35,603 nt of DNA. Source: a virus (taxonomy: Duplodnaviria; Caudoviricetes). The DNA lies in the IMG/VR virus record IMGVR_UViG_3300037423_000689, positions 1-35,603 of that record; one strand, given 5' to 3'. Shown piece after piece: positions 18,410-27,163 of this stretch (position 1 is the stretch's first letter; every line of letters starts with the position of its first letter). Position numbers and translations under genes: made by a program. The notes under the pieces were generated by a model, which did not search any database, was not told where the DNA came from, and saw only the letters and a program-made list of their open reading frames with translations.

Positions 18410-20767
18410 ATGACCATCTATAACACCGGCACGGTTTCCGTGACGAATGGCAATGCTGTGGTTACGGGCAGCGGCACCGCTTGGGCTGTGTCGCTCGTTA
18501 CGGGCGGCATGTTCTCGAGCGCTGGCGTGTCCGTGCCTATCCTGTCGGTCGACAGCGACACCTCGCTTACGCTGGCTTATGCCTGGCCGGGCACGACTGC
18601 AGCCGGCGCCGTCTATGCGATCGCGCGCGAGAACAGCGAGGCGGCGGATATTGTCGACCTGAACGACAAGCTTAGCCGCGTACTCGTGAACCTGTCGCTC
18701 GCCGGCATTACGCCAGATGCATCGGGAACCATTGCTGAGCGCGACGCGCTTACGCTTGCCGTTGGCGACAAGGGCTTTCTGTTCTTGCATGCCGAGATAG
18801 GCGTGGCGTTCGCCTTCTACCGATGGAACGGCACCGCTTGGGATGGGCCTTTTGCGGTTGCTAATGCTGTTGCTACGGGAGGCGTTAGCAGCATCGTAGC
18901 CGGCAGCAATGTCACCATCGACAACACCAACCCGGCTATTCCTGTTATCAGTGCCACTAGTCCACTGCCAACTCCGGTCGCAAGCACCTTTCTAAAGCGC
19001 AACGCTGGCAACACGGCCTACGACGCCATCACCGCCATCGACTCCACCGATCTCTCATACACACAGACGGGAACGGGAGGCGGCGTGTTCCCGTTGTTTA
19101 CCATCCTTAAGGAGCGCATTCGCGCAGCGCGCTTCGGCGCTGACCCTTCTGCCTCCGCTGCCGTTAACAGGGCCGCCATAAACAACGCAGTTAACGCGGC
19201 CGGCGCTAATGGTGCTCTTATTGAATTGCTATCTGGCCAGTTTGATGTGGACAGTACTGTTATCCCGCTTGCCGCGAACTGCACGATTGCTGGTGAGGGT
19301 GAGGCGACCATCATCCGCACGACATCGGCAACGGCGAACATCTTCGACGTGGCCGCCGCCTTTGTTACCATCCGCGACATCCAGATGGCCGCTTCCGTTA
19401 CTAGATCGGGTGGGAACTTCGTCAATGTCGGGGCAGCAGCGCATCGATTTGAACTGCGCAATTTTCACATGGCAGCTCCCTTTCAGGGAATAGCTATAGT
19501 TAACGGCGTGTCGTCTCCTACCATCCGCGGGGGGAAGATATTCAACACGGTAGCGGCCACCGGAATACCTATCCGCATAGACGGTGGTCTTGACATAACG
19601 CTAGCGGATATTTGCACCGATGCTGCGGGCGGCTCTCAGCCGTTCGCCGGCATCTACATCGACAATGCCGGCGATGTCAGCATTGAGGATTGCCAACTCC
19701 TGCATGCCGGCCAGGCGCTTTATCTAAACCCTGGTGTGGGGCAGACAATCACCTCTGTTTTTGCCAACAACACCTTCTTCGACAACAGTACGCGCGGTCT
19801 CTATGGCAACGCGGCTGGTGGCGCTATCGCCCGCTGCATCTTCGATGAATGCTGGTTCTCCTCGTCCACAAACGAAGGTATCCGCTTGGCGACATCGGCG
19901 GGCGGCACGATCGACGGCATGGATTTCATCAATCCACATATCTTCCTCAATGGCGGAGGCGGCGCTTTCGTCAACGATAGCGGTGTGACCAACGTTTCTT
20001 TCATCAATCCGGCAGTCTGCCAGAACACTGGCGATGGCCTGAAATTCGCCTCGGGAGTCAATAAATACCGTATCATTGGCGGCAAGGTCGGCGACGGGTA
20101 TGGTCTGACCGGCAACACCGGCTATGGCATCAATCTTGTTGGAACGAGCGACAATTTCGAGATTTCCAGCGTCAACCTGTCTGGCAATACCAGTGGGCCG
20201 ATCAATACGACGCTGGCACCGAGCCCAACCGCCATCCTGCGCTCGAACATCGGCGTTCCCCGCATCGTCCCGGATATGCAGATCGCGTCTATCAAGAGCG
20301 CAAAGACAGCCTTGACGAACAGCATCACAACGGAACAGGCAATCTTCACTGCGGCAAATGATACGCTGACGCTGAAGGCGGCCACCACTTATCGCTTCAG
20401 GGCGCGCATTGGGCTGAACACAGGGGCGACGTCACACTCGACCGCGTTTAGCCTGGGTGGCACTGCGACGTTTACCGCATTGGGCTATAGTGCTTCAACG
20501 ACATCGGCGGCACTTGGCGTTATATCCACTCCGCAAATGGTTAGTGGAAGCGGCGCTGGAGCCACAACGCTCTGTGCGGCTTCAACGGCCACGCGTACAG
20601 ACATCCTGATAGAGGGTGAGATGCGCATAAACGCCGCGGGAACGATCATCCCGCAGATATCGTTCTCGGCTGGACCGACCGGTACATGCGAAGTGGACTT
20701 CGACAGCTTCTTCGAAATCTGGGGTGTCGGGCCAAACTCAGCTGATGCCGTGGGTGACTGGTCTTAA
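18410..20767 (+). CDS. Tailspike/tail fibre with pectin-lyase-like beta-helix (putative polysaccharide depolymerase)
   Basis: N-terminal virion anchor (YNTGTVSVTNG..VTGSGTAW), then FGA.......N..AI..A..A and TI.GEG..T.I entry motifs, followed by N/G/I-rich beta-helix rungs and a beta-sandwich-like C-terminus. Confidence 0.85.
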   Translation: MTIYNTGTVSVTNGNAVVTGSGTAWAVSLVTGGMFSSAGVSVPILSVDSDTSLTLAYAWPGTTAAGAVYAIARENSEAADIVDLNDKLSRVLVNLSLAGITPDASGTIAERDALTLAVGDKGFLFLHAEIGVAFAFYRWNGTAWDGPFAVANAVATGGVSSIVAGSNVTIDNTNPAIPVISATSPLPTPVASTFLKRNAGNTAYDAITAIDSTDLSYTQTGTGGGVFPLFTILKERIRAARFGADPSASAAVNRAAINNAVNAAGANGALIELLSGQFDVDSTVIPLAANCTIAGEGEATIIRTTSATANIFDVAAAFVTIRDIQMAASVTRSGGNFVNVGAAAHRFELRNFHMAAPFQGIAIVNGVSSPTIRGGKIFNTVAATGIPIRIDGGLDITLADICTDAAGGSQPFAGIYIDNAGDVSIEDCQLLHAGQALYLNPGVGQTITSVFANNTFFDNSTRGLYGNAAGGAIARCIFDECWFSSSTNEGIRLATSAGGTIDGMDFINPHIFLNGGGGAFVNDSGVTNVSFINPAVCQNTGDGLKFASGVNKYRIIGGKVGDGYGLTGNTGYGINLVGTSDNFEISSVNLSGNTSGPINTTLAPSPTAILRSNIGVPRIVPDMQIASIKSAKTALTNSITTEQAIFTAANDTLTLKAATTYRFRARIGLNTGATSHSTAFSLGGTATFTALGYSASTTSAALGVISTPQMVSGSGAGATTLCAASTATRTDILIEGEMRINAAGTIIPQISFSAGPTGTCEVDFDSFFEIWGVGPNSADAVGDWS

Positions 20768-21579
20768 GGAATGCAAAGAAGGTCAGACACGCAATGGTGA
20801 CTGATTAGATTGGTGTGGATGAAGTGCAGCAATTCAGTCTTCGTATTGATGTGCTTCACCACACCAGCATCGTAAAATTGGATATCTGAAAACAGCGTTT
20901 GAAGGCATTCTAGGAACGCCCGCGGATTCTGGTTTCCGTATGCCAGCAGTGTGAAGCTGTTGAACTCCATGAATACCAGTGGCTGACGTGACTTGATGGT
21001 AGCCATTCCTCCTTCCAATACGCCCCTTTCATGCCCCTCGACATCTATCTTTATGAAGTCGAGTTTTTGTGGAGCGTATTGGGGTGCGATATCGTCAAGT
21101 CTTTGAACGGATACTGTGTGCGTAGTCTCGCCTAGCGACCCATCAATGTTGAGGTGGCTTGCTGTGGCGGACTGCGGATTGTCCGAAAAAGGCAACTCTC
21201 CCTCTGAAGACCCAATAGCTACGTTCACCACCTTGACGTTCTTAAGGTTATTCGCCGCCACTGTGCCCTTCAGGTACCGGAAGGCAACCGGAGATGGCTC
21301 GAAGCTCGTTACCGTGCCATTGGGCGCATGTTTGGCAAGCATGGCGGTAGTGAGACCGATATTCGCCCCGACATCAAAAATAGTAGCATCGCTGCTTAGG
21401 TTCTCTGAAACTACACGTTCCAAAAATGCGTTTTCGTTCGCCTGGCCCTGCAGGTGCTCGAAGTAACCATCAGTAGGGCTTCCGCAAATCTGCACATCAT
21501 GCCCAGCAATGGTAATTGTCTTAGTCGGAAGCGCCTCTTCCGCATCGGGCTGATTCAAAAATCGCTTTAACAAACCCAA
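20764..21579 (-). CDS. FkbM-family SAM-dependent methyltransferase (antisense moron)
   Basis: IFDVGANIG, SFEPSP, V.RLDD and DFIKIDVEG.E..VL.G motifs. TTG start after a GGGAGG RBS. Confidence 0.92.
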   Translation of the reverse strand: MGLLKRFLNQPDAEEALPTKTITIAGHDVQICGSPTDGYFEHLQGQANENAFLERVVSENLSSDATIFDVGANIGLTTAMLAKHAPNGTVTSFEPSPVAFRYLKGTVAANNLKNVKVVNVAIGSSEGELPFSDNPQSATASHLNIDGSLGETTHTVSVQRLDDIAPQYAPQKLDFIKIDVEGHERGVLEGGMATIKSRQPLVFMEFNSFTLLAYGNQNPRAFLECLQTLFSDIQFYDAGVVKHINTKTELLHFIHTNLISHHCVSDLLCIP

Positions 21580-21657
21580 GATTGCCTCCCTGTGGCGCCG
21601 CTGCAGTGGACTACATTAACAGGTTATTGCCGACTCCGCCAGACCAACAGAGACACC

Positions 21658-21867
21658 ATGACCACTCTTGGCAACATCTCCCGCTTGATAAACCGCATGA
21701 CGGGCGGACGCAAGAACCAAACGCTATGCGCTCGCATAGCTGCGTGGCGCGTTGATTGCCGGTTCTGTCGGTTGATGGAGCGTGTAGAACCAAACCACTG
21801 CGCGCGCGAGATGGCGCGGTGGGAACGCCGCGGCATGCACTGTGCGAGGCGGCTGCGATACGGCTAG
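21658..21867 (+). CDS. Hypothetical Cys/His-containing protein preceding the lysis genes
   Basis: N..TGG...QTLCAR......C.FC......PNHC pattern; ATG at 21658. Confidence 0.55.
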   Translation: MTTLGNISRLINRMTGGRKNQTLCARIAAWRVDCRFCRLMERVEPNHCAREMARWERRGMHCARRLRYG

Positions 21868-21885
21868 CCCTAAAAAGGATAATCC

Positions 21886-22143
21886 ATGAAATTGCTACCC
21901 GACGCGCTCGCGCGCGCTTGGGTGCGCATTCGTGCGCACCTGATTCCAGATGTTGAGCATACGCTTAAACGCGCCTGGTCGCTGCGGTTCATTGAGCTCG
22001 CGGCGCTGGTCGACATCATCCTGAACACAGTGCCATCAATGGATTTCCTACCGTGGTGGGCGACGCTCGTGCTGCTTGGCGGTGCGTGGGCGGCACGCCT
22101 CGTTTGGCAGTCTGACAAGGAGGCAGAAGATGCCGATAAATAG
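21886..22143 (+). CDS. Putative holin
   Basis: 85 aa with RAWSLR followed by two hydrophobic segments and a charged C-tail; overlaps the endolysin start; RBS AAAGGA. Confidence 0.7.
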   Translation: MKLLPDALARAWVRIRAHLIPDVEHTLKRAWSLRFIELAALVDIILNTVPSMDFLPWWATLVLLGGAWAARLVWQSDKEAEDADK

Positions 22144-22705
22144 AATTGTCGCAACCAAGCGCGGCAAGGCGGCTATTGCCGCGGTCGTGGCGGCATGCGT
22201 CGGCGGCTACGCAATGCTGCCTGGCGGCGCGCCGGTTGCCGATGACGTGCTTCTGGCGTCAACAGCGCTAGTGCGCCCGTGGGAGGGCCGAGAGCTTCGC
22301 GCCTATCGCGACATCGTAGGCGTCGTCACCATCTGCGATGGCGATACCGAAAACGTGCACATGGGCATGGTCGAGACGCCGGCAGGCTGCGACGCCCGCC
22401 TGCAGAAGCGCCTTACCAAAGACTTCAAGCCCGGCTTGGAGCGGTGCATCGCCAATTACGACGCCAAGCCGCTGTCCTGGCGCGCGATGATGATTTCGCT
22501 TTCCTACAACGTCGGCACGCACGCCGCGTGCAAGTCGCGGGCCGCGGGGTTCGGTCGGCAGGGCAAATATCACGACAGTTGCATCGCGGCTACGGCGTTC
22601 AACAAGGCTGGCGGCAAGATGGTTGCCGGCCTCGTCAAGCGCCGCGAGATGGGCGACGCGCAGCGCATCGGGGAGGCCGAGCTTTGCGTTTCGGGTCTTC
22701 AATGA
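22130..22705 (+). CDS. Endolysin, GH24 lysozyme, probably SAR type
   Basis: Catalytic triad E-x8-D-x5-T (WEGRELRAYRDIVGVVT), SYNVG and GLVKRR. Basic then Ala/Gly-rich weakly hydrophobic N-terminus. Confidence 0.92.
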   Translation: MPINRIVATKRGKAAIAAVVAACVGGYAMLPGGAPVADDVLLASTALVRPWEGRELRAYRDIVGVVTICDGDTENVHMGMVETPAGCDARLQKRLTKDFKPGLERCIANYDAKPLSWRAMMISLSYNVGTHAACKSRAAGFGRQGKYHDSCIAATAFNKAGGKMVAGLVKRREMGDAQRIGEAELCVSGLQ

Positions 22706-22803
22706 TGTGGGTTGGCTACGCGTGCCTGTTGCTCGGCGGAGCACTTGGCGCCGCCGTGTGCGTCAAGGTGATTTCTGGATACGTTAGAGGGATGCCTTCA
22801 TGA
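22702..22803 (+). CDS. Small single-TM peptide (33 aa) inside the lysis cassette
   Basis: MMWVGYACLLLGGALGAAVCVKVISGYVRGMPS, with ATGA overlaps at both ends. Confidence 0.5.
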   Translation: MMWVGYACLLLGGALGAAVCVKVISGYVRGMPS

Positions 22804-23174
22804 ACTGGCTCGACACCGTTACGGGTGGCTACGCCTCGCTGATTAAATACGGCTTGCTCGCCGCGCTTATCGTTGGCGCATTCGGCTACACCTATCATCT
22901 TGGTTCGGCGCACGCGACTGCTACATGGTCGGCCAAGTACGACAAGCGCGAGGCCGACATTGCTAAGGCTACGGCGGCAGAGGCTAGCCGCCAGGCGCAG
23001 GCCAACGCGCTAGCCAAGGCCGCAGAAGCGCGGCGGCTCGCAGAAATGGATGCGGCCAACGCCGCTCTGGAACAGAAAATCAAGGAACTCTCAGATGCAG
23101 CGAACGCTGACCCTGACCGCGATCGCGTTTGCCTGTCTAATGGCAGCGGGATGCGTATCGACTCAGTCCATTAA
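22800..23174 (+). CDS. i-spanin (Rz-like)
   Basis: N-terminal TM, Ala-rich coiled coil and C-terminal Cys. Confidence 0.82.
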   Translation: MNWLDTVTGGYASLIKYGLLAALIVGAFGYTYHLGSAHATATWSAKYDKREADIAKATAAEASRQAQANALAKAAEARRLAEMDAANAALEQKIKELSDAANADPDRDRVCLSNGSGMRIDSVH

Positions 23175-23394
23175 GGTCTTGCCGCCGCCTACGCTGAGCG
23201 AGCCTGACCGCGCGCTGGTTAAGGCGTGCCTTGGGCCTGTGCGCCTGCCGAAAGGCGAACTCAAGCAGGGCGATGTCGAGCGGTTGTGGATCTCCGACCG
23301 CAAGGCGCTGATCGACTGCGGCCGGCGCTTGCGCGGCCTGAAAGAATTCTATGCCGAGCGCGATGCGGCTATCCGCGGAGATGCAAAGAAATGA
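23095..23394 (+). CDS. o-spanin (Rz1-like lipoprotein)
   Basis: Overlaps Rz in another frame. Lipobox MAAG-C, Pro-rich segment and W..DR.AL..C motif. Confidence 0.82.
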   Translation: MQRTLTLTAIAFACLMAAGCVSTQSIKVLPPPTLSEPDRALVKACLGPVRLPKGELKQGDVERLWISDRKALIDCGRRLRGLKEFYAERDAAIRGDAKK

Positions 23395-23696
23395 CGCCTG
23401 AGCAGATCATGGGCGCCATTGCGTTCTTCGTGTTGGTATCCGGCGCGCTGTGGGGCATCTGGTGGCGCATCGAAGGCAAGGTTAAGGGTGCCGAAGATAA
23501 GGCTGATAAGGCGTTGACGCAGATTGCCGACCACCGCCTGCACGTCGCGGAGACCTACATCACCAAGGCCGGAATGCGTGAGGTCAAGGAAGAGATCATG
23601 GACGCCATCCAAGGCGTCAAGGGTGCGGTAGATCACTTGGGCGGCCGCATTGATTCCATGTATAGCGGCCCGCCGAGGCCGCGCGTTTCCAAATAG
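23391..23696 (+). CDS. Membrane-anchored coiled-coil protein (possibly lysis-associated)
   Basis: ATGA-coupled; N-terminal TM followed by L.VAETY..K and a helical region. Confidence 0.65.
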   Translation: MTPEQIMGAIAFFVLVSGALWGIWWRIEGKVKGAEDKADKALTQIADHRLHVAETYITKAGMREVKEEIMDAIQGVKGAVDHLGGRIDSMYSGPPRPRVSK

Positions 23697-23700
23697 TTTC

Positions 23701-23737
23701 AAAGCCCCGTTGCCCTGACCGGCAGCGGGGCTTTTTT
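23701..23737 (+). terminator. Rho-independent terminator ending the late operon
   Basis: AAAGCCCCGTTGCC-ctgacc-GGCAGCGGGGC followed by TTTTTT. Confidence 0.88.
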
Positions 23738-23750
23738 GCGTTCTGCAAAC

Positions 23751-23786
23751 TTGATCCTGTAGGCGTTTTCGCCTATATAATATAAT
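23751..23786 (+). promoter_or_regulatory. Sigma70-like promoter with embedded operator, upstream of HNH
   Basis: TTGATC-N17-TATATA, with TATAAT just downstream; operator TAGGCGTTTTCGCCTA at 23760-23775. Confidence 0.65.
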
Positions 23787-23800
23787 GGAGGATCCCAACC

Positions 23801-24454
23801 GTGCAGACAAGATGTTGCAAAAAATGTCAAACCACAAAGCCGATCGAGGACTTCGGAAAAGATAGCCGACGCGACGATGGGGTTAGCCTTACATGCAAGG
23901 CTTGCGCCAGAGAAAAGCATAGAAACTGGAAAGCCAAAAACCCAGGCTACGCCGCGGCTTGGCGGAAGGCCAACCCAGAAAAACTAGCAAAGCAAAAATC
24001 CGATTGGGCCGCCAGGAATACCGAAAAAGTGCGAGGATGGGTGAATGATTGGCTTTCGAGAAACCGCCAGTGGAAGATAGATTACGAGGCCGCTCGCAGG
24101 GCCGCACCTCGCGCCAAAGTGGACGCGTCTATCTCATCGAGCATCAATCAATGCCTTAAGAATGGATCCAAGTCCGGCAGGTCGTGGGAGTCATTGGTCG
24201 GCTATACGATTGATGAACTCATGTCGCATTTGGAAAAGCAATTCTCGGATGGAATGACGTGGGGGAATTACGGCAAAAACGGATGGGAAATAGATCACAT
24301 AATACCAAAGTCAATCTTCAATTATGAAAGTCCAGAGCACATAGATTTCAAGCGTTGTTGGTCCCTTTCAAATCTGCAGCCGCTTTGGGCTGACGAGAAT
24401 AGAAAGAAATGGGCTACATTTGATGGCGGTTTTCAGCCATCGCTGGCGATTTAG
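23801..24454 (+). CDS. HNH endonuclease with N-terminal CxxC...CxxC
   Basis: CKKC...CKAC, WEIDHIIP and NLQPLW..EN.KK motifs; AT-richer; GGAGG RBS. Confidence 0.88.
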   Translation: MQTRCCKKCQTTKPIEDFGKDSRRDDGVSLTCKACAREKHRNWKAKNPGYAAAWRKANPEKLAKQKSDWAARNTEKVRGWVNDWLSRNRQWKIDYEAARRAAPRAKVDASISSSINQCLKNGSKSGRSWESLVGYTIDELMSHLEKQFSDGMTWGNYGKNGWEIDHIIPKSIFNYESPEHIDFKRCWSLSNLQPLWADENRKKWATFDGGFQPSLAI

Positions 24455-24502
24455 GCGGTTTCGCATATTCTGCTTGACTTGGTAGGCGAAAACGCCTATA
24501 GT
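24452..24502 (+). promoter_or_regulatory. Near-consensus sigma70 promoter with tandem operators driving the accessory operon
   Basis: TTGACT(24474)-N17-TATAGT(24497). Operators TAGGCGGTTTCGCATA (24452-24467) and TAGGCGAAAACGCCTA (24483-24498). Confidence 0.8.
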
Positions 24503-24564
24503 GCTTGTTGAGAGTCGCATACCGCGTTCAATCAAACCACAGCACCACAACCGGAGGACCATCA

Positions 24565-25266
24565 ATGCGCCGCATGCTTGCCGCAACCCTTTTGCTCGCC
24601 GGTACCGCGCTAAGCGCGTGCGCCGTTGATGGCGTCGTCACCAGCGGCGTCCAATCGCAAGTCAAACCAGCAGGATCCTCAGTTCGCATTGAGCTCGTCA
24701 ACGGACTTGGGTCGGGCGTCTATATCGGCAACGGCGTGATTATCACGGCGGCTCATGTGGTGGATAGTGCCATCCGTCCGGTTCTCGAGCGAGACGCAGA
24801 CGGCAAGGCTGCCGTGTTCGGCCCGCCGACCGTCAAGCTTGTCTCGGATCAAGGAGACAAGCAAGACGGCGAAGTCCTCTGGATCAACAAGGACTATGAC
24901 ATTGCCGCTGTGCGCCCGACCAACGAGCGGCGCTTCACGGCTGCCAACCTGGCTTGCCGCGAGCCGGCGTTGGGCGAGGCGCTGATGGCGGAAGGCAACC
25001 CGGTCGGCGTGCAGTTTATCCAGATGCATGGCTATGTGTCAGGCGAGCCGCGGCCTTTCTTGCCCAACTGGAAGTCTGGATTTGTCACCGACATGACCGT
25101 GATTTCGGGCATGAGCGGGGGCGGTATCTATGACGGTACGGGCGACGTTATCGGCATCACGGTCGGAGCATTTGACCCGCACAGCGCGCAGGGGCAGCCA
25201 GCGCAGGGCGGCATGGGCTTTGCCGTTCCGTCGAAGGTGGTCTGCGGCCTGCTTGGGAGGGCGTGA
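24565..25266 (+). CDS. Trypsin-like serine protease, predicted lipoprotein
   Basis: Lipobox LSA-C; TAAHVV (His), DYDIA (Asp), GMSGG (Ser). No PDZ domain. GGAGG RBS; start re-set to ATG 24565. Confidence 0.9.
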   Translation: MRRMLAATLLLAGTALSACAVDGVVTSGVQSQVKPAGSSVRIELVNGLGSGVYIGNGVIITAAHVVDSAIRPVLERDADGKAAVFGPPTVKLVSDQGDKQDGEVLWINKDYDIAAVRPTNERRFTAANLACREPALGEALMAEGNPVGVQFIQMHGYVSGEPRPFLPNWKSGFVTDMTVISGMSGGGIYDGTGDVIGITVGAFDPHSAQGQPAQGGMGFAVPSKVVCGLLGRA

Positions 25267-25457
25267 TGAAAACGCTATTGATCATGACGCTTACGTTGAA
25301 TGCACCGGGCTACTCATTCGATGTGCTTCGATACGAGGTGGCCAACGAGTACCGATGCCAATTGCAGGGCGCATCGTTGGCAAAGGACATCCTTTCCAAG
25401 ATTCCTGGCGTGGCTAGCATTCATTACGAATGCGTTGACAAAGGTTACGGCAAATGA
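25263..25457 (+). CDS. Small exported protein with two Cys
   Basis: MKTLLIMTL hydrophobic N-terminus; coupled to both neighbours. Confidence 0.6.
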   Translation: MMKTLLIMTLTLNAPGYSFDVLRYEVANEYRCQLQGASLAKDILSKIPGVASIHYECVDKGYGK

Positions 25458-25777
25458 GCAACGAAACGATTGATAGCAACAAGTCTGGATCGACAGGCGC
25501 CGGCTTAATCGCCGCTGGATACGCGATCGCTGCATTCCTGACGTTCGGATATGTGTTCAACGAGAACTATGTTGAGCCAACACCTGTAGTTGATTGCGGC
25601 GTTATGCCCAAAGTTATGAGCGGCGATTGGGACGCTTATTGGAACTGCAGGAAGTCCAATATTGAAGCGATAGGCTCGGGAACAACCAAATTCGACGCGG
25701 GGTTTCCTGCAGCCTATGCGGCAGTCTTGTGGCCGCTGTATTGGGGCGCCCACCTCGGAATCAAGGTGACGAAATGA
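25454..25777 (+). CDS. Two-TM membrane protein with a Cys-containing loop
   Basis: TM1 LIAAGYAIAAFLTFGYVF and TM2 AAYAAVLWPLYWG; ATGA overlaps. Confidence 0.7.
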   Translation: MSNETIDSNKSGSTGAGLIAAGYAIAAFLTFGYVFNENYVEPTPVVDCGVMPKVMSGDWDAYWNCRKSNIEAIGSGTTKFDAGFPAAYAAVLWPLYWGAHLGIKVTK

Positions 25778-26265
25778 CCCTCACCGCACGCCTGTTCATC
25801 GTCAACTTTGCCGGCGCCTGCCTTGCCGTATGGGCTTGGTGGAATGGTTCAATACAACAATTCGCAAGGGCTGACTCGTCGCATTTTGGCTTGTTCATCC
25901 TCGCTCTGTTCCTAGCTATCACGGCATCGGCATTCTTTCGCGCCAGAGAGATCGATAGGGCGGCAAGCGCAATCGACCTTAAGCGCGCCAGGATCCGCGC
26001 TGAGCATATCGGGACGGCTGTCGCAGCCATGTTCATGCTCGGCATCATCGGCAATGCCAAAGGACTTATCGCTGGCTTCGACGGCATCAGCGCTGGCTCG
26101 CTTATGACGGCCGAGGGCGGCGCCAAGTTCGCTGCGCAGGTTCTTGCCGGTATCAGTACGACATTTGGTGCAACCGTCATCGGCACGGCGCTTGCGCTGT
26201 GGACGACAGCTAACGCGCAGGCCATCAACACGCGGCTTTCGCTGCGCGAACTGGACGCCATCTGA
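25774..26265 (+). CDS. MotA/TolQ/ExbB proton-channel-like membrane protein
   Basis: Two N-terminal hydrophobic helices, then MLGIIGNAKGLIAGF and AGISTTFGATVIG, matching the LG.LGT..G.I..F and GI..AL..T..G hairpin of the family. Confidence 0.75.
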   Translation: MTLTARLFIVNFAGACLAVWAWWNGSIQQFARADSSHFGLFILALFLAITASAFFRAREIDRAASAIDLKRARIRAEHIGTAVAAMFMLGIIGNAKGLIAGFDGISAGSLMTAEGGAKFAAQVLAGISTTFGATVIGTALALWTTANAQAINTRLSLRELDAI

Positions 26266-26822
26266 TGGTCGGCCAGTTCAAATGGCTCTTTGCCTTTGTC
26301 GACATGCTCTTGTCGCTTGGTGCATTGCTTGCCGGCGCGCTCTATGCGGTGGCGCTCATGGCGCACCCGCCAGCCAAGGACAACCCTGAAGCTATGCCGC
26401 CTCCTGGCAACATAGCCGTGTTCGCGGCTTGGCCGCAGGGTAACATAGACGCTGATTTGTGGTTCAAGTCGCCTGACGACAACTTGCCGGTCGGCTACAG
26501 TCGCAAGGACGGAACAGTATGCGCTTTGCTGCGCGACGATCTCGGTACGACAAACGACAGCAGTCCGATTAACGCTGAGAACGTCTTTTGTCGCGCACTG
26601 CCGGCCGGAGAATACATCGCCAACGTCCACGCCTATTCAGTTCCAGCAGAGGGCGTAACGGTCCACGTAGAGATTGCCATTAACGGCAAGTTGCTGGTGT
26701 CGCGCAACATGGATCTGAAGCCGAAGCAGGAGCGCACCGTTGTGCGGTTCACGCTCGACGCGGCAGGCAATGTGACGGGCAGCAATGAGGTTTATGCGCC
26801 GCTGCGTTCGGCGAACAAGTAG
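26265..26822 (+). CDS. MotB/TolR/ExbD-like single-TM protein with a periplasmic YfaP/DUF2135-like beta domain
   Basis: N-terminal TM with Asp (AFVDML), then W....DADLW...P, L.RDD, N.EN and GEY..NVH.Y. TGATG-coupled to the MotA-like gene. Confidence 0.7.
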   Translation: MVGQFKWLFAFVDMLLSLGALLAGALYAVALMAHPPAKDNPEAMPPPGNIAVFAAWPQGNIDADLWFKSPDDNLPVGYSRKDGTVCALLRDDLGTTNDSSPINAENVFCRALPAGEYIANVHAYSVPAEGVTVHVEIAINGKLLVSRNMDLKPKQERTVVRFTLDAAGNVTGSNEVYAPLRSANK

Positions 26823-26831
26823 GAGGGGACC

Positions 26832-27065
26832 GTGAAGTGGGTGCTCATCATTACGTGGATTACGGTTGGCCACACCAATTTCGCAGGCAGCGGAATCGAG
26901 GTGACAGCCTGGCCGACGCTTGAGGAATGCTTTGCCGTAGGAACGGCAGCGCAGCAGAATTTTCAACGGCTTTACGAGGGCGGCAACTCCGCGAATTTCT
27001 CATGCATTCCGTCCACGGGTAAGGAGCCGACTTGTGGCGGCAGCAAGATGGGGCCGTGCAAATGA
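26832..27065 (+). CDS. Small exported Cys-rich protein
   Basis: GGAGG RBS; MKWVLII...TLEEC...SCIP...C...C. Confidence 0.6.
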   Translation: MKWVLIITWITVGHTNFAGSGIEVTAWPTLEECFAVGTAAQQNFQRLYEGGNSANFSCIPSTGKEPTCGGSKMGPCK

Positions 27066-27163
27066 CCTCCTTCGCATGGGCTTGCGCCGCATTCGCGGTG
27101 TTCCTCTTGGCGGCCTGCTCGTTCAGCGCCTTCGGCCTTTGGTGGATGGGAGAAGTGGAATGA
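27062..27163 (+). CDS. Small hydrophobic peptide (33 aa), not in the ORF track
   Basis: MTSFAWACAAFAVFLLAACSFSAFGLWWMGEVE, with ATGA overlaps at both ends. Confidence 0.5.
   Translation: MTSFAWACAAFAVFLLAACSFSAFGLWWMGEVE

Noticed and set aside
14291-20767. Diversity-generating retroelement or invertible tail-fibre cassette
   Set aside because: No reverse transcriptase or invertase, and no template/variable repeat or inverted crossover sites were visible.
25774-26822. Calling the motor-like pair Zorya (ZorAB), flagellar MotAB or ExbBD/TolQR proper
   Set aside because: There is no long ZorA tail, no OmpA-like peptidoglycan-binding domain, and no ZorC/D/E, TonB/TolA or flagellar genes. Only the superfamily-level resemblance is supported.
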